From assembly GCA_048013815.1 (NCBI GenBank), contig CM106586.1:2542001-2606000 (forward strand): a stretch of 64,000 nt of DNA. Reading direction: 5' to 3'. Positions 45,601 to 59,171 of the stretch are shown piece by piece (within the stretch, counting starts at the first letter, position 1; every line of letters begins with the position of its first letter). The translations under genes were made by a program, and so were the position numbers. Origin of the DNA: Setoptus koraiensis (Eukaryota; Animalia; Arthropoda). Below the pieces are notes generated by a model. The model was not told the origin of the DNA. It saw nothing but the letters and a program-made list of their open reading frames with translations, and did no database searches.

Positions 45601-48313
45601 GATGCATATTTTACAAACGTCAGTTCAAATTAATCACCAGTTAAATGAAGAATGAAGCGCAAAATCGTCAAGATTGTACCAACATTAATCAACGCCGCTT
45701 AGAAGGGATCCGCATTCTCTGAATGCTATAAAATAATATACAGTGAAAGTACCCTAAGAGACGAAAATTTTTGAGAAAGTAGCAATTGATGTAACTGAAA
45801 ATCAAGAACAGCACTAACAGCAAGTGCAACTAAATTTTTTTGCCCGGCGAACTTCGTGCTAAATCTTCAATCAAGATAATTGAAACAGTTGATAGTGATC
45901 GAGAATATTCGCTCGATTCATCATGTCTATTCATCAACAATCCATCACGTGTGCGCTAATGGACTTCGTTGGAGAATATTCACACACATTCACCTTCTAG
46001 CGACATCAAGCAATCACTCACAATGACTTACTTCAATGAAGAAGGAGACATAGCATAAAATCACACCAACTTAAAACTGAATATCCACCTGTTTATTTAT
46101 TACAATCACTATAATTTGTTCCTCGGCTTAGGAGTTTAGTTCCAATCGAGTTGCGTAATAGAACTTGCTCAACGGTAAGGCTCTCTTATATCGTTTCTAG
46201 TTGATTGATGCTAGCCATGACAGTGCACTTTCTTCGGCTCTCGCATATTTTTTTCAAATTAGCCAAGGCGGCGCAATTGATTCGTCTTGTAATACAAGAC
46301 TTGTTGCATGCTCAACCGAATCAAAATAAATAAACATAACTCTGCATCACATCTGCTTCTAACAATTGTAAACACGCTCTGCGCGATCCTGGCGGGAAAA
46401 TACGCAGCAGCCAAAAGCACACATTGTGACGAGCTGATGAATCCGTTTCTATCAAGTTGATGCTAGTGAAAGTGATAGTTTCAGGGCCATCTTTTCTTCG
46501 TCAGTCGGTATTATGTGACCATGATCACACATTCAACTGGATCATTCATCGGTCACGTTCGAAAAGTTATTGATTTCCCATGACTGATTCACCATCATGA
46601 TGCGTGATTCATGCTTATTGGTATCTCTGACTGATGAATTCGAACTAGACACAACCATGTAGATCACAGAAAGAGCATTGTTATTATCATTACCGTATAT
46701 TCTAGTGACATTTTTTTGCTGCTCAATTGTTTTGCACGTTCAATAAGCAACAACTGTTGATCTATCGAGGACCGATCATAGGGATGAAGACCCTCCGCCC
46801 TAACCGAGAGCAAAAGTGCGAAAAAATTTTCGGAATCAATTACCTTCAGTTCCATTAACAATTACGATTAACTCCTAGAACTTATCTTCGTCATCTCCAC
46901 CTGTTTGCCAGACAGGCATGTTAGAAAAGAAATGATTCCGATCCTTTAAGAGTTGATTAAGTATAGATAGTCTAGAATTGATTTGACTCAAAGTACCATG
47001 GTACCAGAGAAAACCACCATACAGTTTGATAGAACATGTGAGAGTTGATGGAACTGAAAAATTTTTCGACTGTCAAAATTCAATAAGAGACTTTTTAAAT
47101 TAGTTGACTCTAAAATGAGTTGTGTCACTTTGGCTGATTTATTTCCCTGACATCACATCGAAATGTTTTGCAGACATCCTTATCTGGGGTCATAAACATT
47201 TTATCTACATATCATTAGATACAACCAATATACTTAATTAAATGTAGCATCATTGCCGTCCGTCATGTTCGATTGATGTTGACAAATCAAAATTACAAAA
47301 ATTCTCTGGCGGAAAATCTTAGAACAATCACCATTAGTCAAATGAAAAGTCGTTTCAATTCAAGCCTACCTCATCTAAGTTCCTCTGCTTGGCATGAGCA
47401 GTGTCGTTGTTACTCGTCGAAGATTACTGGTATTGCATAAGTTTTCGTGATGATGATGAAACTCCTATCAAGATAGCAACTTTTTATTAATATGTAAAGA
47501 AACTACATCCAGCTTTTTTCTTGTTTCATCCCCCTTTTTTCTAGCAGTTTCACAAAATACTGGATTTTTGAACAAGACACTCATTCTAATCAGTGTTCCG
47601 CTGGCGATAAGCTGAGAACACAAGCACACACTTACAAGAATATGTTTGTTTGATATCTAGCTATCTAAACGAATCTGTTTAAATCTGTACAAACAACAAA
47701 TTCATTCAAGGCTCACATTTGCTAGTTTAGAAAAATTACTCTCTAAACTTGAAGTCTGTTTTCAGCTAAGAATCCCCTTCAATTTGTTTTAAATGCCTGT
47801 AGATAGATTGTTTAATCTTCGTCAGCTTGACAGCTCTTGAGGCATAAAGTCTATTGTATTTAAACGTCACCAAGTTCAAGTTCAAGATCAAAACAAACAA
47901 TTGATTTCCAGATTCAAGAGCAATCAACAAAGTCCATCACGTTTCGAGCAGTCAGAAAACATTGAAAAATAAATGTTCAGAGAAACACTTTCTAACAATA
48001 GAATCTTGCCTGACCAATAACACTTGAGATTTAATGTTGAAAGAAACTCAAGCAGTCCGATGATCATCACGATATCATTCATTCTCATTTAGTCCCAGTC
48101 ATCAGCTCATCTGCAATTAACCTGCTATGTGAGGGCAATAAACTTTTCCAGCCGTCGATAAGACTTCATATCTGATAATTCATAAATCAGACAGAGATAT
48201 ATCATCATAACTCTCATTGTAATTTGAATAATTTGGTTGCAGAACAAAAGAAATCAATTATACGGCATACAGCAAACGTAACTGATCGTCGGCAACTATT
48301 AATCTTCAACAAC

Positions 48314-51300
48314 ATGGAAAATAAACAAATAATTGATATGAATTTGAAGAGCCCAGAAGTTCGATTGATAAAATATCAGACCTTTGAAAGGGCCAACAGT
48401 GATATATTATCTAGCGATGGACAATTTAAACCAAACACCGATGCTTGGTACGAAAATAAGGCCTTCCAATTCAAGGCTGACAATGACAATCAGGACCAGC
48501 CTGAAGCGAATGATGACAAAACTAAACATAGTTTCCATGGTTTCAATTTAGCTAGCGACAAAAAGTCTATCGATTTGCCAAAGTACTATACCGCTGACAG
48601 CGATGGATCTTTCATCATAGATGCTGATGGTGATGAAACATACAAAATAAATGAATCAGTTTTATTCTCGTCGAAACATCGACAGAAACAATGCAATAAA
48701 GAACGCACTCTAAATCCCGATTCTTTCGAGATTGTATGGCGCGATTTAAGTTTTGAAGTTGATGAGACCGCCACTTTCACAGGAAGTGTCAAACAACTTA
48801 AGAGTAAGCTAGCCTCAGCATTCTGTTTATCGTCATTCTCTCATCAGGATATTCCATCAGACGAGCACAGGTCAAAATCAAGCTCAGATGCAGTAAAGAG
48901 AACATCTCCAGCAAACTCGACAATTTCAGAAATACCTTTTGCTGAGCATCATGTGGAAGCCCGCTCAACAGATTCATTACCACCTAAAAAACAATTGAGA
49001 CACAATACTCCTAACAAACTTAGAGTGATATTTAAACACCTCAATGGTTATATAAGATCCGGGGAAGTTACAGCCATTCTGGGACCATCGGGTGCCGGAA
49101 AGACATCTTTGTTGAATGCATTGACTGGTGCGACAGTTGGCTATCAGGGCAAAGTTGACATAGTAGGAGGTCAAAAACGAAAGATGAGAATGTCAATTAT
49201 ACCACAGAAAGATTACTTAGTGGAGACATTGACAGTGAAAGAGAATCTGCTATTCGCCAGCAAGATCAAGAATCACAAAAAGAACTTTGATCATGAAGCG
49301 AATATAGAGAAGGTAAGTTTATTGAATTCAAATTTGTAAGACTTACATGCTAAACGCTTCTAGATTATGATACATAAATTCATATCTTTGTATTACTTTT
49401 CAACTAGGTGATCGATATGCTGAACCTGAGAACTTGTATTAATGCCATGTCAGGTAACATTTCCGGAGGAGAACACAAACGAGTATCGATAGCTCAGGAA
49501 CTGTTATCCAAGCCAGATCTGTTGATTCTAGACGAACCAACATCTGGCCTGGATTCTCTTAATTGTAAAAAGCTTATCATGACATTGCAGGACCTTATTC
49601 GATCCTCTAATGAGGGACTGATCAGTCCTATCGCAATTGTGCTGACTATCCATCAGCCTGAGATTGATGTCTATCATTTGTTTGATCATGTGTACTTCAT
49701 GGCGCGTAAAGGTTTGGTTATATTTGATGGTCCCCCGAGCGATGCCATGAATATAGTAAGACAGCACAGTGGCATAGATCAGAGCATAACAGATTCGGTG
49801 TATAGTCCGGCAAATTATCTGATAGAGATAGCATCTGAAGAATACGGGCAACAGCCCATAGACAATTTGGGAAACTATCAGCGAGTTCATTTCAACGAAC
49901 AAAGAGGTGCAACAATGGACTCTCTTGACCAAGCAACAGATGGAAAATTGATTAAACGATCAATCTTGAATTTACAACAGCAAGCTCCTAGCCAGAATGA
50001 CACAGTTATCGTGTCCGTGGACAAGCTCAAAATGGATAAGAACATTCGAATGGAATCACCCATTGCAGGAACACGAGCTCCACCTTCAATAGGATCAAGC
50101 CTTTCTCCGTCATTCAATCAAATCATCAGTAGTAACTCAACAAGCGAGCACGCGTTTGTGAGAGATAGAAGATTGAATGCAATAGCGAACCATAACGGTC
50201 ATTTTTGGAGACATGTAAGACTGTTGGCCAAGAGAGCTTTTGTATCAACACTAAGAGACCCACTGTTGACCACAACCACTGCCTTGTTCCATACGATAAT
50301 TCCCTTTGTAATGTATGCGGTGTACTCACCAAAGACAGGCACTGCTAATGCCTGCCCTATAATTGAACGAGAATTGGATACTATGACTTTGATTAGAAAT
50401 GAAACATCTCAGAGATTGCATCAATTACAAGAAGATTTTATCGTGACACTAGAGGCGTCCACTATGTTCTTCTTAATTGTGTATGCTTTCTCCATGTGTT
50501 CGATATCCATAGCAGCATTATCGTTCCCATTGAATATGCACATCACACTGAAAGAATACAAGAATGGTTGGTACTCCATGTCAAGTTATGTACTGGCTAG
50601 AACTATAGCGAACATTCCCTTTGAGACTATATTTCCAATGGTCAGCTTATGCATGGTATACCCACTACTGGGCCATCCAAGCTCCTATTTAGAGTGGCGT
50701 ATGTTAGCAATAGCAGTGGTAGCAGCATTCATTTCTATGATTGCAACCGCTCAAGGATTACTATTTGGAGCAATTTTTATGGACAGTGTCCAATCGGCAA
50801 CGTTTATGGCAAACGCTTCAACATTACCATTGATATTACTATCAGGTTTCACTGCGAGAATAAATCATATGCCGAAAATTCTACAGTACATCAGTTGGGG
50901 TTCCATGTACAAGTATGCTAGCGATGCAATGGGTATCATAAGATTCGGTTACGGTCAATGTCCATGTGACGAAAAGATGGACAAGTACATCAGAGAGGTA
51001 CGACCACGTCTCACTGGAGTACCAGACAACGTGAAGTCAATGTTCAATTTCTACCTCACCAACGGAATGGCCGATGCAAACCCAACGAACTATGCCGATG
51101 ACGATTATGAGAGTTATGCCGATGATAACTCAACAACATCAGTAATGAATAATGCTACTTCAATTGTGTCAGACATGGTGACGACAATAGCACCATTGTG
51201 GTCGGCCGGTACCGACGATGCCGTAGATCGTGAAGCTCTAACGAGATCTCTCGTACGTTCGAACAAAGTGCTGGTGATGAATTCTACAATGAGCGCAGCG

Positions 51301-51546
51301 CTAATTAAACAGATCGAGGATGGTGAAATAGACGTATTCGAGGAGATGGCCGGGCTATTTTCACGAGCATTGGCCTACGGCGAAGAGATCAATTCTTGCG
51401 AGGATGTTCGTTCGCAGTTGCTAAAGACAGGAATGCCTCCAGATCATTATCTTCCTTACATATTTGGTTGTATGGTGTGCTTGTTAATCTCACTAAGACT
51501 CATACTTTTCGTTGTGGTAAAATACAAAATCCAAAGTCGAATGTGA
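48314..51546 (+). CDS. ABC transporter subfamily G half-transporter (~1045 aa; exons 48314-49312, 49408-51546)
   Basis: Walker A GPSGAGKT, signature ISGGEHKR, Walker B LILDEPT and H-loop LTIHQP, with the NBD before the TMD. Phase-0 GT-AG intron 49313-49407. Confidence 0.95.
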
Positions 51547-52167
51547 AGATAACACACACCATAAAGTGAGATAATACTATTTAATAATATACTACTGCTA
51601 CTACTACCTTTGTATATTGGTATATCGGTATAAGTTAAATAATAAACAAACAAACAAGGAAAATATCTACTTGATACCTCATGTTTTGTTGTTAATATTA
51701 TACAAACAATGTGAAGATAATCTTCATGTCGTTGCACGCATCTTGTAATGGTGGCAACATAGCGCTCTAGTTAGACTTCTCTTGCACTCTGTTGCAAACT
51801 GTTGATTCCGCAAGAAATCGCGAGCCCATGATTCACCAATGAAAGCCACGCCATTAGTTACGTATTGTGTGCAATTGCGCCATTATTTTGAACAATGCGC
51901 GTGCGTATAGAGAACAGGAAAAGCTATCTTGATGAGCATATGTTTTTTGTTCATGCAGAATGCACCTTATGGGCGCTATTTTACATGAGCGAGCGATACG
52001 TTTAGTCATTCTCTTCAGTTACATAACTAATACGGCTGACGAAATAGTTTTTGTTGGCTAGATACGGCAGCACCGCCACTGCTACCATCATTATTTCTAC
52101 TAGAATTACTACCAATTATTACTATTATTATTTATCTAAATTCATTCTATCGCCCGTCAGACATAAA

Positions 52168-53133
52168 ATGAAACGCAAGCGAGTCTATGATTCTCTAGAG
52201 CAGTGTCGTGCCAAAAAGAAGGAAGAGGATGACAAAAGTGCTTCAACGTCCAAAGAGGAAGAGGATAAACTGGACATTGAGGATTTCGTTGAATCACTCA
52301 AACATAGATCAGCCACAAAAACAGGTAGATTCCACGACACTTCATTGGATGGCGAACCAACAAATCTCAAAATAACCACTTGGAACATTAATGGTCTCAG
52401 GGCTTGGCTAACCAAAAGAAGTGGCCTAACTTTCTTAGCCGAAGATGACGCTGATATATTCTGCTTTCAAGAAACTAAATGTGCCAATAACAAAGTTCCT
52501 GCCGAAATTAAGACTGTAGAAGGTTATCATTGCTACTGGAATGGTTCAGATAATGGTCAAGCTGGTGTTGTGTGTTTCTCTAAAATAGAGCCCTCCGAAG
52601 TGAGCATGGGTATAGGTATTGAAATTTTTGATAAAGAGAATCGAACTATCACGCTTGGCTATGATAACTTTTATCTTGTCAACGCCTATGTACCTAATTC
52701 AGGTAGGCAACTTGTAAGATTAGACTTCCGTATGAAGTGGGATAGAGCGTTCCTAGAATATCTCAAAAAGTTAGACGAAAAAAAGCCCGTAATACTCTGT
52801 GGAGATCTCAATGTCAGTCATCAAGAAATAGATATTGCCAATCCTAAACAAAATATTAAAACCGCAGGCTTTACCATTGGAGAACGAGACAATTTCACCA
52901 GATTACTAAACTCAGGTTTTGTTGATACATATCGCATTTTAAATCCAGATAAGACAGGCGCTTACACCTTTTGGACCACAATGAAAAGGGATGCGCGTGA
53001 AAAAAACATTGGATGGCGTTTGGACTATTTTGTTTTATCGAAACGACTGATGAAGAAACTATGTGATTGCTGCATTCGTAATGAAGTTTTAGGCTCAGAC
53101 CACTGCCCGGTAACATTGTACTTGTCCATATAA
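52168..53133 (+). CDS. APEX1: DNA-(apurinic/apyrimidinic site) endonuclease, exonuclease III family (~321 aa)
   Basis: TWNINGLRAW, FQETK, YVPNS, GDLNVSH, YTFW, GWRLDYF and GSDHCP motifs; start taken at ATG 52168. Confidence 0.96.
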   Translation: MKRKRVYDSLEQCRAKKKEEDDKSASTSKEEEDKLDIEDFVESLKHRSATKTGRFHDTSLDGEPTNLKITTWNINGLRAWLTKRSGLTFLAEDDADIFCFQETKCANNKVPAEIKTVEGYHCYWNGSDNGQAGVVCFSKIEPSEVSMGIGIEIFDKENRTITLGYDNFYLVNAYVPNSGRQLVRLDFRMKWDRAFLEYLKKLDEKKPVILCGDLNVSHQEIDIANPKQNIKTAGFTIGERDNFTRLLNSGFVDTYRILNPDKTGAYTFWTTMKRDAREKNIGWRLDYFVLSKRLMKKLCDCCIRNEVLGSDHCPVTLYLSI

Positions 53134-53630
53134 TGCCATTTATCTATCGTGTTAGAACATTAAAAGAATAGCAAAACTCTACCGGTATGGTTAGTGACTC
53201 CTACATCTCGAGTTTGCAACTAGTTATTTCCGTTGATAAAAATGAACTGTCTAGAATAACGACTGATTTGGTTTGAAAAAAAAGTTCTGCCTGGTAGGCA
53301 AACAAAAACAATTTGTCAAGATCGTGATATTTCATATGTATTCTCTACCTTGTTTCTCGTACGATTCTCCCACTGCAAGTGTTCGGCATGGCTCGTGAAT
53401 GAGCGCGCCAAATTTTTGAAAAATAAAATATCACGCGCATGTGCGGACGGACAGGAAAAGAAGCATTTGTTTTATTCTGTCTGCGACTTGCACTCACGCC
53501 GCCGGTCTGGTTACTCGATTCTCTAAATTGTCTATCCTCAAGGATAATAACAGCCGGTAATTTAATTGATATTACTGATAATCACCACAAGTGTGTAGAA
53601 TTACTCAGCTTGGTCCGGAAATTTATTAAA

Positions 53631-53639
53631 TCTCTCCTC
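53631..53639 (+). promoter_or_regulatory. Possible TCT/5'TOP pyrimidine tract of RPL22
   Basis: tctctcctc ~35 nt upstream of the ATG-only first coding exon. Such tracts are typical of ribosomal protein gene starts. Confidence 0.3.
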
Positions 53640-53672
53640 ATATTGTTGGAACAAAAATAATAATTATTCACA

Positions 53673-54257
53673 ATGGTAAGTAGAGGACTGAATTTCACAA
53701 AATCTACCTCAATGAATTTTCATCTAGCACATGGACAGAGTGCGCGTAACAATTCTCTCTTCTTGGCATCGCTAACTAACTGACATTCTTTTATTTATAA
53801 TTTTCTTAAATATATCAATCCTCATGCAATAATAATGCAGCCGGCCACCGCCTCATCAAAAAAGGCTAACTCAAAGTTACCCGTTCAGAAGCAAGCTGGA
53901 AAAAAGAAGAAGGTAAACCTCAGGTATGTCATCGACTGCAGCAGGCCTGTTGAGGACGGAATCATGCAAGCCGACGATTTCGAAACCTATCTCAGATCCA
54001 GAATCAAAGTTAATGGAAGAACCAGCTCATCAGGCCAACCTAGATATTTCAAATTTGAAAGACAGAAGTACAAAATTATTGTCATGAGCGAGATACCCGT
54101 TTCAAAACGCTATCTGAAATATCTGACCAAGAAATACCTCAAGAAAAACAACCTGAGGGATTGGTTGAGGGTTGTTTCTGCATCTAAGGACAGCTATGAA
54201 CTTAGATACTACCAGATCAATAACGAAGAAGAAGATGACGAAGAGGAGGCCGAGTAA
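53673..54257 (+). CDS. RPL22: 60S ribosomal protein L22 (eL22), 139 aa; exons 53673-53675 (ATG only) and 53841-54257
   Basis: [42 protein letters not shown] and [11 protein letters not shown]|GTAAGT donor and in-frame CAG| acceptor. Confidence 0.97.
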
Positions 54258-54336
54258 ATAAAAAATGAATGTGCATATTTAGCGATATAACTAAAATAAA
54301 GTAATATGCAATTTATTTAAATGAATTCTGACCATG

Positions 54337-57300
54337 TCAGACAACAACGCTGTTAATTGTTTCTGTTCTTATTCTTATGAGACTATCTCTACATTCTTGA
54401 AACGAGGGCCTGTTTTCTGGTTCCATTGCCCAACAGCTATTCATTAGTGAGTATCTAAATGGAGGATACAATTTCGGAGTAGAAGAGGAATGCAGTCGAA
54501 CAATGCACAAAGTGATGTTTTGGGTTAGTTTTGTGTTGTAAAAATGGAATTTTTCTCAGAACCATAACACGGTTTTGTATCTACTTACATTTCATTACAA
54601 CAAATGTCCGGCCTGGCTAGGCGCTTTCCGGTTCTTAAAAAATCTTTCAGCTGTCTACATTCATCAGAGCCGTTCCTAATATCTATATCGGCATAGGGTC
54701 TCTGGCAGTATGTCATAATCTCCCACATAAGAACACCAAATGACCAAACGTCCGATTTTGTCGTGTACCTATTGTCGGATAAACATTCGGGTGCCAGCCA
54801 CCTCGCGGGCACTGGTCGTCTACCTTTGTTAATATAATAATCACTTTGGTATATGTCTCTTGCGAGACCGAAGTCTGATATCTTCACGACCCGATTTTCT
54901 CTGATGATGCTCGATACCAAACAGTTACGAGCCGCCAGATCTCTATGTACGAATCTTCTTTGTTCCAAATAGCATAATCCGTCTACAATATCTAAACAAA
55001 TACTAACTAGATCATCTTCAGTGAGAGCCATACTGCTATTGTCTTGTATTGATTTTGGTCTTCGTTCTTGTAGATATTTCTGTAAATCACCACCAGCCAT
55101 CAATTCCATGATTATCAATGTAGAACCTCTGTCTAAACATATACCTAGCAGTGTCACAATATTTCTATGACGGCAGCTAGCTAACAATTTAGCCTCCTGT
55201 AAAAAGTCCCTTCTATCATCTTCTCCCGCGTCATCTTTCAATCTCTTGATGGCTACCTTTAATTGGCCCCGAATCAAATTGTCGCTATCACTTCTAAATG
55301 AAGTCAATTTTTCAACTAATTGTTGGCTGTCACTATTGACTGTAGTGGCTGCGCTTAGATCATCATAATAGCAAGTACTTGAGGTGGCTGTGTTCTTGAA
55401 TTGTTTCTTGGTGTGCTTTTGATCATAATTATTTACTATCCTCTTATCTTCAACCAAAATTTGACAATCGCAATTATAATGAATAGGGGTCAGGTAGCCT
55501 TCACCGCTGGTGAGTCCACTTGGCGTGCAAGCAGAGCTGGATTGACAAACGTTGCTGTTAACGTAAGAATTATTATTATTATTGCCATTTATTATTGCTG
55601 ATGATGATGATGTGGAACGAGAGGATGAGACGGATGTTGGTGTGAATGATGATGCAACGGATAATGATGGAGTGATAATTTGTTCACCATAACTGCCATT
55701 CTCAGATTCGACTAAATGTGCAACTGTTGACGCCAATTGACGTCTGTCGTGAAGTTGCGAATTTCGATTATGGTTAATGTTGAGTTTGTTACTAGTGTTA
55801 TTATGACGATTATGATCACGCTCAACTACCGTTCCAATATAGACCGTTCCAAAGAAACCACTGCCTAAACAAGCATTCTTTTCAATTTTCAATTGATCTA
55901 TTGTTAAACGTGGTATTGAGGCTAATACTTCGTCTTGTAGAACCTCTGCAGGTACATATAAATTATTTGATTCATTACCATTGATGGGCCAACGAATAGT
56001 TGTAGCTAGGCCAGTATCATATGTTATTGTTGTATTGATAGGATGATTTTGATGACCGGAAGTGTCCCCATGAAAGTTGTTGGTGGCAGATGAACCAGAT
56101 TCAATGGCTATGTGGGCTAGATGATCGCCATCGTAACTAGTACCAGTGTTTAAAGTTGAGGGACGATAATATCTAGACAAGGCATCATCAACTGTATGGC
56201 GGGAGTTGACACAGCTATCTGTAGCACCACTGCCTGTGTTGTATCTGTCGAGATCAGCGTGATGTAGATTGGGTGCAACAACTTGTTCTAAGGAAGTTCT
56301 CTTCTTTATTAGTAAACCAATGATAATGACGAAACCCATTAGAAGCACGAAGAAAGATACTAAGGCAAAGCTTGTGGTTGAATTGAAAATCGTGTCGGTC
56401 GGTTTGATCAACGATTCAGATAATGATTTGTGTCCAGGTAAATCAATAGCGTCACTCGCGTCTTGAGATAATTGTTGCTGATTTTCATGAATAGATCGTG
56501 TTGCTGATTGTGTTTTGTTTGTTGTTGAATTTTTTCTTTGTATCGGAGGCTGCCTGCTAGAATCGACTAAGATCATTCTGGTGAATTTGAATTCTCTGTC
56601 TTCATAATTAATGTGATGGTAACACTCATCAGATTCTTTGTATTCTTTACTTATTACATATGGTTTAGCCAACCAGTAGAAATAGCCTTCCTCATCTATT
56701 GATACATCCAACAAATGATCAAAATCATCAAATATAGAAACTGTATATACATTAGCTCTATGACGAATCGGGCCTCTGTCGGCACCATCAAGATTATAAG
56801 CCATGATTCTTGCGTTGCTTGTATTCTTGTAGTCACATGTGGCACTGTCAAACTTTTCATCTTGATGTCCTAATTGATGCTCATTCATATCATCATTAGG
56901 GATTGCTTTTGATAGATTGCTTTTGGGAAACGGAACATAGATTCTAGATAATCTGTGATCTATTAAAAACAATTCGATGCTAGATGGCAGATCTTTAATT
57001 ATAACATGTGCATCCATAGATTTATAGGTTGGTTTTGCCGTATTTTGCTTATTGTTTTTGTGTTGGTGCAAATTGAAACTATAGATGGTGTTGCTGTAAT
57101 CGCCCTTGGTCAACCAAAAGATGTAACCACTTTTTGGGTCAACTCTTATGCATACTGGTTTGTTCGATGAATTGAAATCGTCAATGATAGGGGTGATGTG
57201 GTCACCGTTCAAGTTCATTGAAAACAATCTGCACTCATTTTCCCTCACACATTCCGACACATACAACAGATTTTCGGACCAATCAACACTAATTTTTTTG

Positions 57301-57905
57301 ACCTTGTTGTTGCTGCTGACTTCAAGGCTACTATTATAAATAACAAGTTCGTTAGCGAGTTCATTTTGATTTGATGATAGTAAATCGAATCTCCTGATGG
57401 CTCCAGTAGAGTCTGTGACGAATAAATACCTCTTTTGTAAGTGAATATCGGCATCCAGGAATTCAATTGGTGAATTGTTTTCGTTTATGATAAGTCCGGC
57501 GCTGGTGATTGTTTGCTCTCTCTTTTCTTTGTAAATGATTTGGGGCTCATCGCGAGGAATATTCAGACCTAATGTTGCTATCTGATCGGCTGATACCAGC
57601 AGAAGAAAGCTCGAAGATTTGTTGTTATTGTTGTTATGATCGTTGTTGCTAACCTGGTTGATGTTGATGTTGTTGTTGTTGTTGCTGTTGTTATCGTTGT
57701 TGCTAATTTGGTTGATATTATTGTTGTCGTTGTAGTAGTCGGGACTGTTGTCGTTGCTTGTTGCTGACAAATCATTTCCCGAAGGAATTATCTGCGCGTA
57801 TCTATCTGCTGGAAACTGCAACAAACAAGATAATAGAACCACTACCAAAAACCACTTGGTCAGCAGTTTCTTATTTGATGAATTATTGTTTTTATTATCT
57901 TTCAT
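54337..57905 (-). CDS. sev: Sevenless/ROS-like receptor tyrosine kinase, atypically short (~1144 aa; exons 57905-54589, 54454-54337)
   Basis: Signal peptide, YWTD-like propeller segments and a TM helix. Kinase motifs GSGFFG, VAIK, HRDLAARN, DFGLARDIYQSDYY (ROS/InsR-type loop) and KSDVWSFG. A phase-2 intron supplies YSLMNSCWAMEPENRPSF. Confidence 0.8.
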
Positions 57906-59125
57906 GGCTGCAATCTTTGAATGAATTCAAAAACACATGGCTACTACAACTTGATTGAATTCATATTGATCGATACGACTGTGATTTAGATCGTTGTCTA
58001 TATCATCCTGTCCTGTCCACTATCTGTAGGCAACTGTATTGAACTATTAAACAAATTCGAATATTGTCAGTGTGAGCATGCGCAGTCTTTGTTTAGCGAC
58101 CATTTGTTGCATAGAAATGTAGTTCGTGCATATGCGACGAACAATCGTCGTTCTATATGGCAGGGGCAGTAAAGCGAATCCACCGCGCGTTTTCGAATGA
58201 AGCAGTTGGAGGGGGCAGCAATAGCGAATTTTAGTATTCTGTTCGATGATTCTACTTCCTAATGTGTGCCATTTGATTATCTAATGGTCGCTCTGTTTTG
58301 AGACTAATTAGCGTTATTTGTATCTGCTATTATATTCGGTTGTAATGTGTTAATAAACATTTCACTATTAAATGAGACAATGTTTAAATGATAGAGATGA
58401 AATGACGAGGAATCGGCTTCTAAACACATGAATATGACTCAATCATTGGCCGGAATGAGATTGGTTGCACTTCACTTGTGCCACTAGTAACATGACAATT
58501 TTCTGGTTTGCTAAAATTAATTAAAAACAATAAAAGTTGATTCCAATTAATGATGTCTCTCGAGAGTGTTCAGTTGAAACTATATAATAATTGATGGTGC
58601 TGCAAATACAGCTAATGTTATCCAGCGATCGTTATGATCTCAATTGATTATAGTATGAATGATGATGTGCAATCATGTTCCATTCAAGCCTGAGATTGAG
58701 CACGAAAACGATGACTTGTTGTCGTCCCCTTTTAACTTGTGTACATGCAAATAGTGAATTTGCCCACACTGTTCTTGTTGTTCTATCCCCTAATGTGTAC
58801 AAGCGACAGTCTCATGGTGTGTTATTCAGAGTTCCGTTGATATTCAAGAGCAGCAGCCGGCTCTACCTCCCTCTCTCCCTCTGGGTCATTTCTCTTCTTT
58901 ATTTCTCGACTATTCTCAAATCTGTGCGCTAGTGGGCAGCAGTCGCAGAAGAAGACAAGGAAAAAGGGCCGATAGTTCGTGGTAAAAAACGGCCCATCTC
59001 TGACAGAGGGTCGGTCAACAAGAGCTTCGGTGAACATCTGTCCGTGTCCGAAAGAAGAACTGTTGATGATGATCGTTCATGACAATGAACGTTGTGAGAG
59101 CACGTACGTGCCATGTTCTTCTCAT

Positions 59126-59132
59126 CACACAC

Positions 59133-59169
<37 letters not shown>
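59126..59169. repeat. (CA)n microsatellite, ~22 units with one interruption
   Basis: Directly visible. Confidence 0.98.

Positions 59170-59171
<2 letters not shown>

Noticed and set aside
43150-47900. Possible decayed coding relics in a long intergenic stretch
   Set aside because: Frames are interrupted by many stops and no family could be recognised with confidence.
53676-53840. Intronic snoRNA in RPL22
   Set aside because: No clear C box with terminal stem and no H/ACA architecture.
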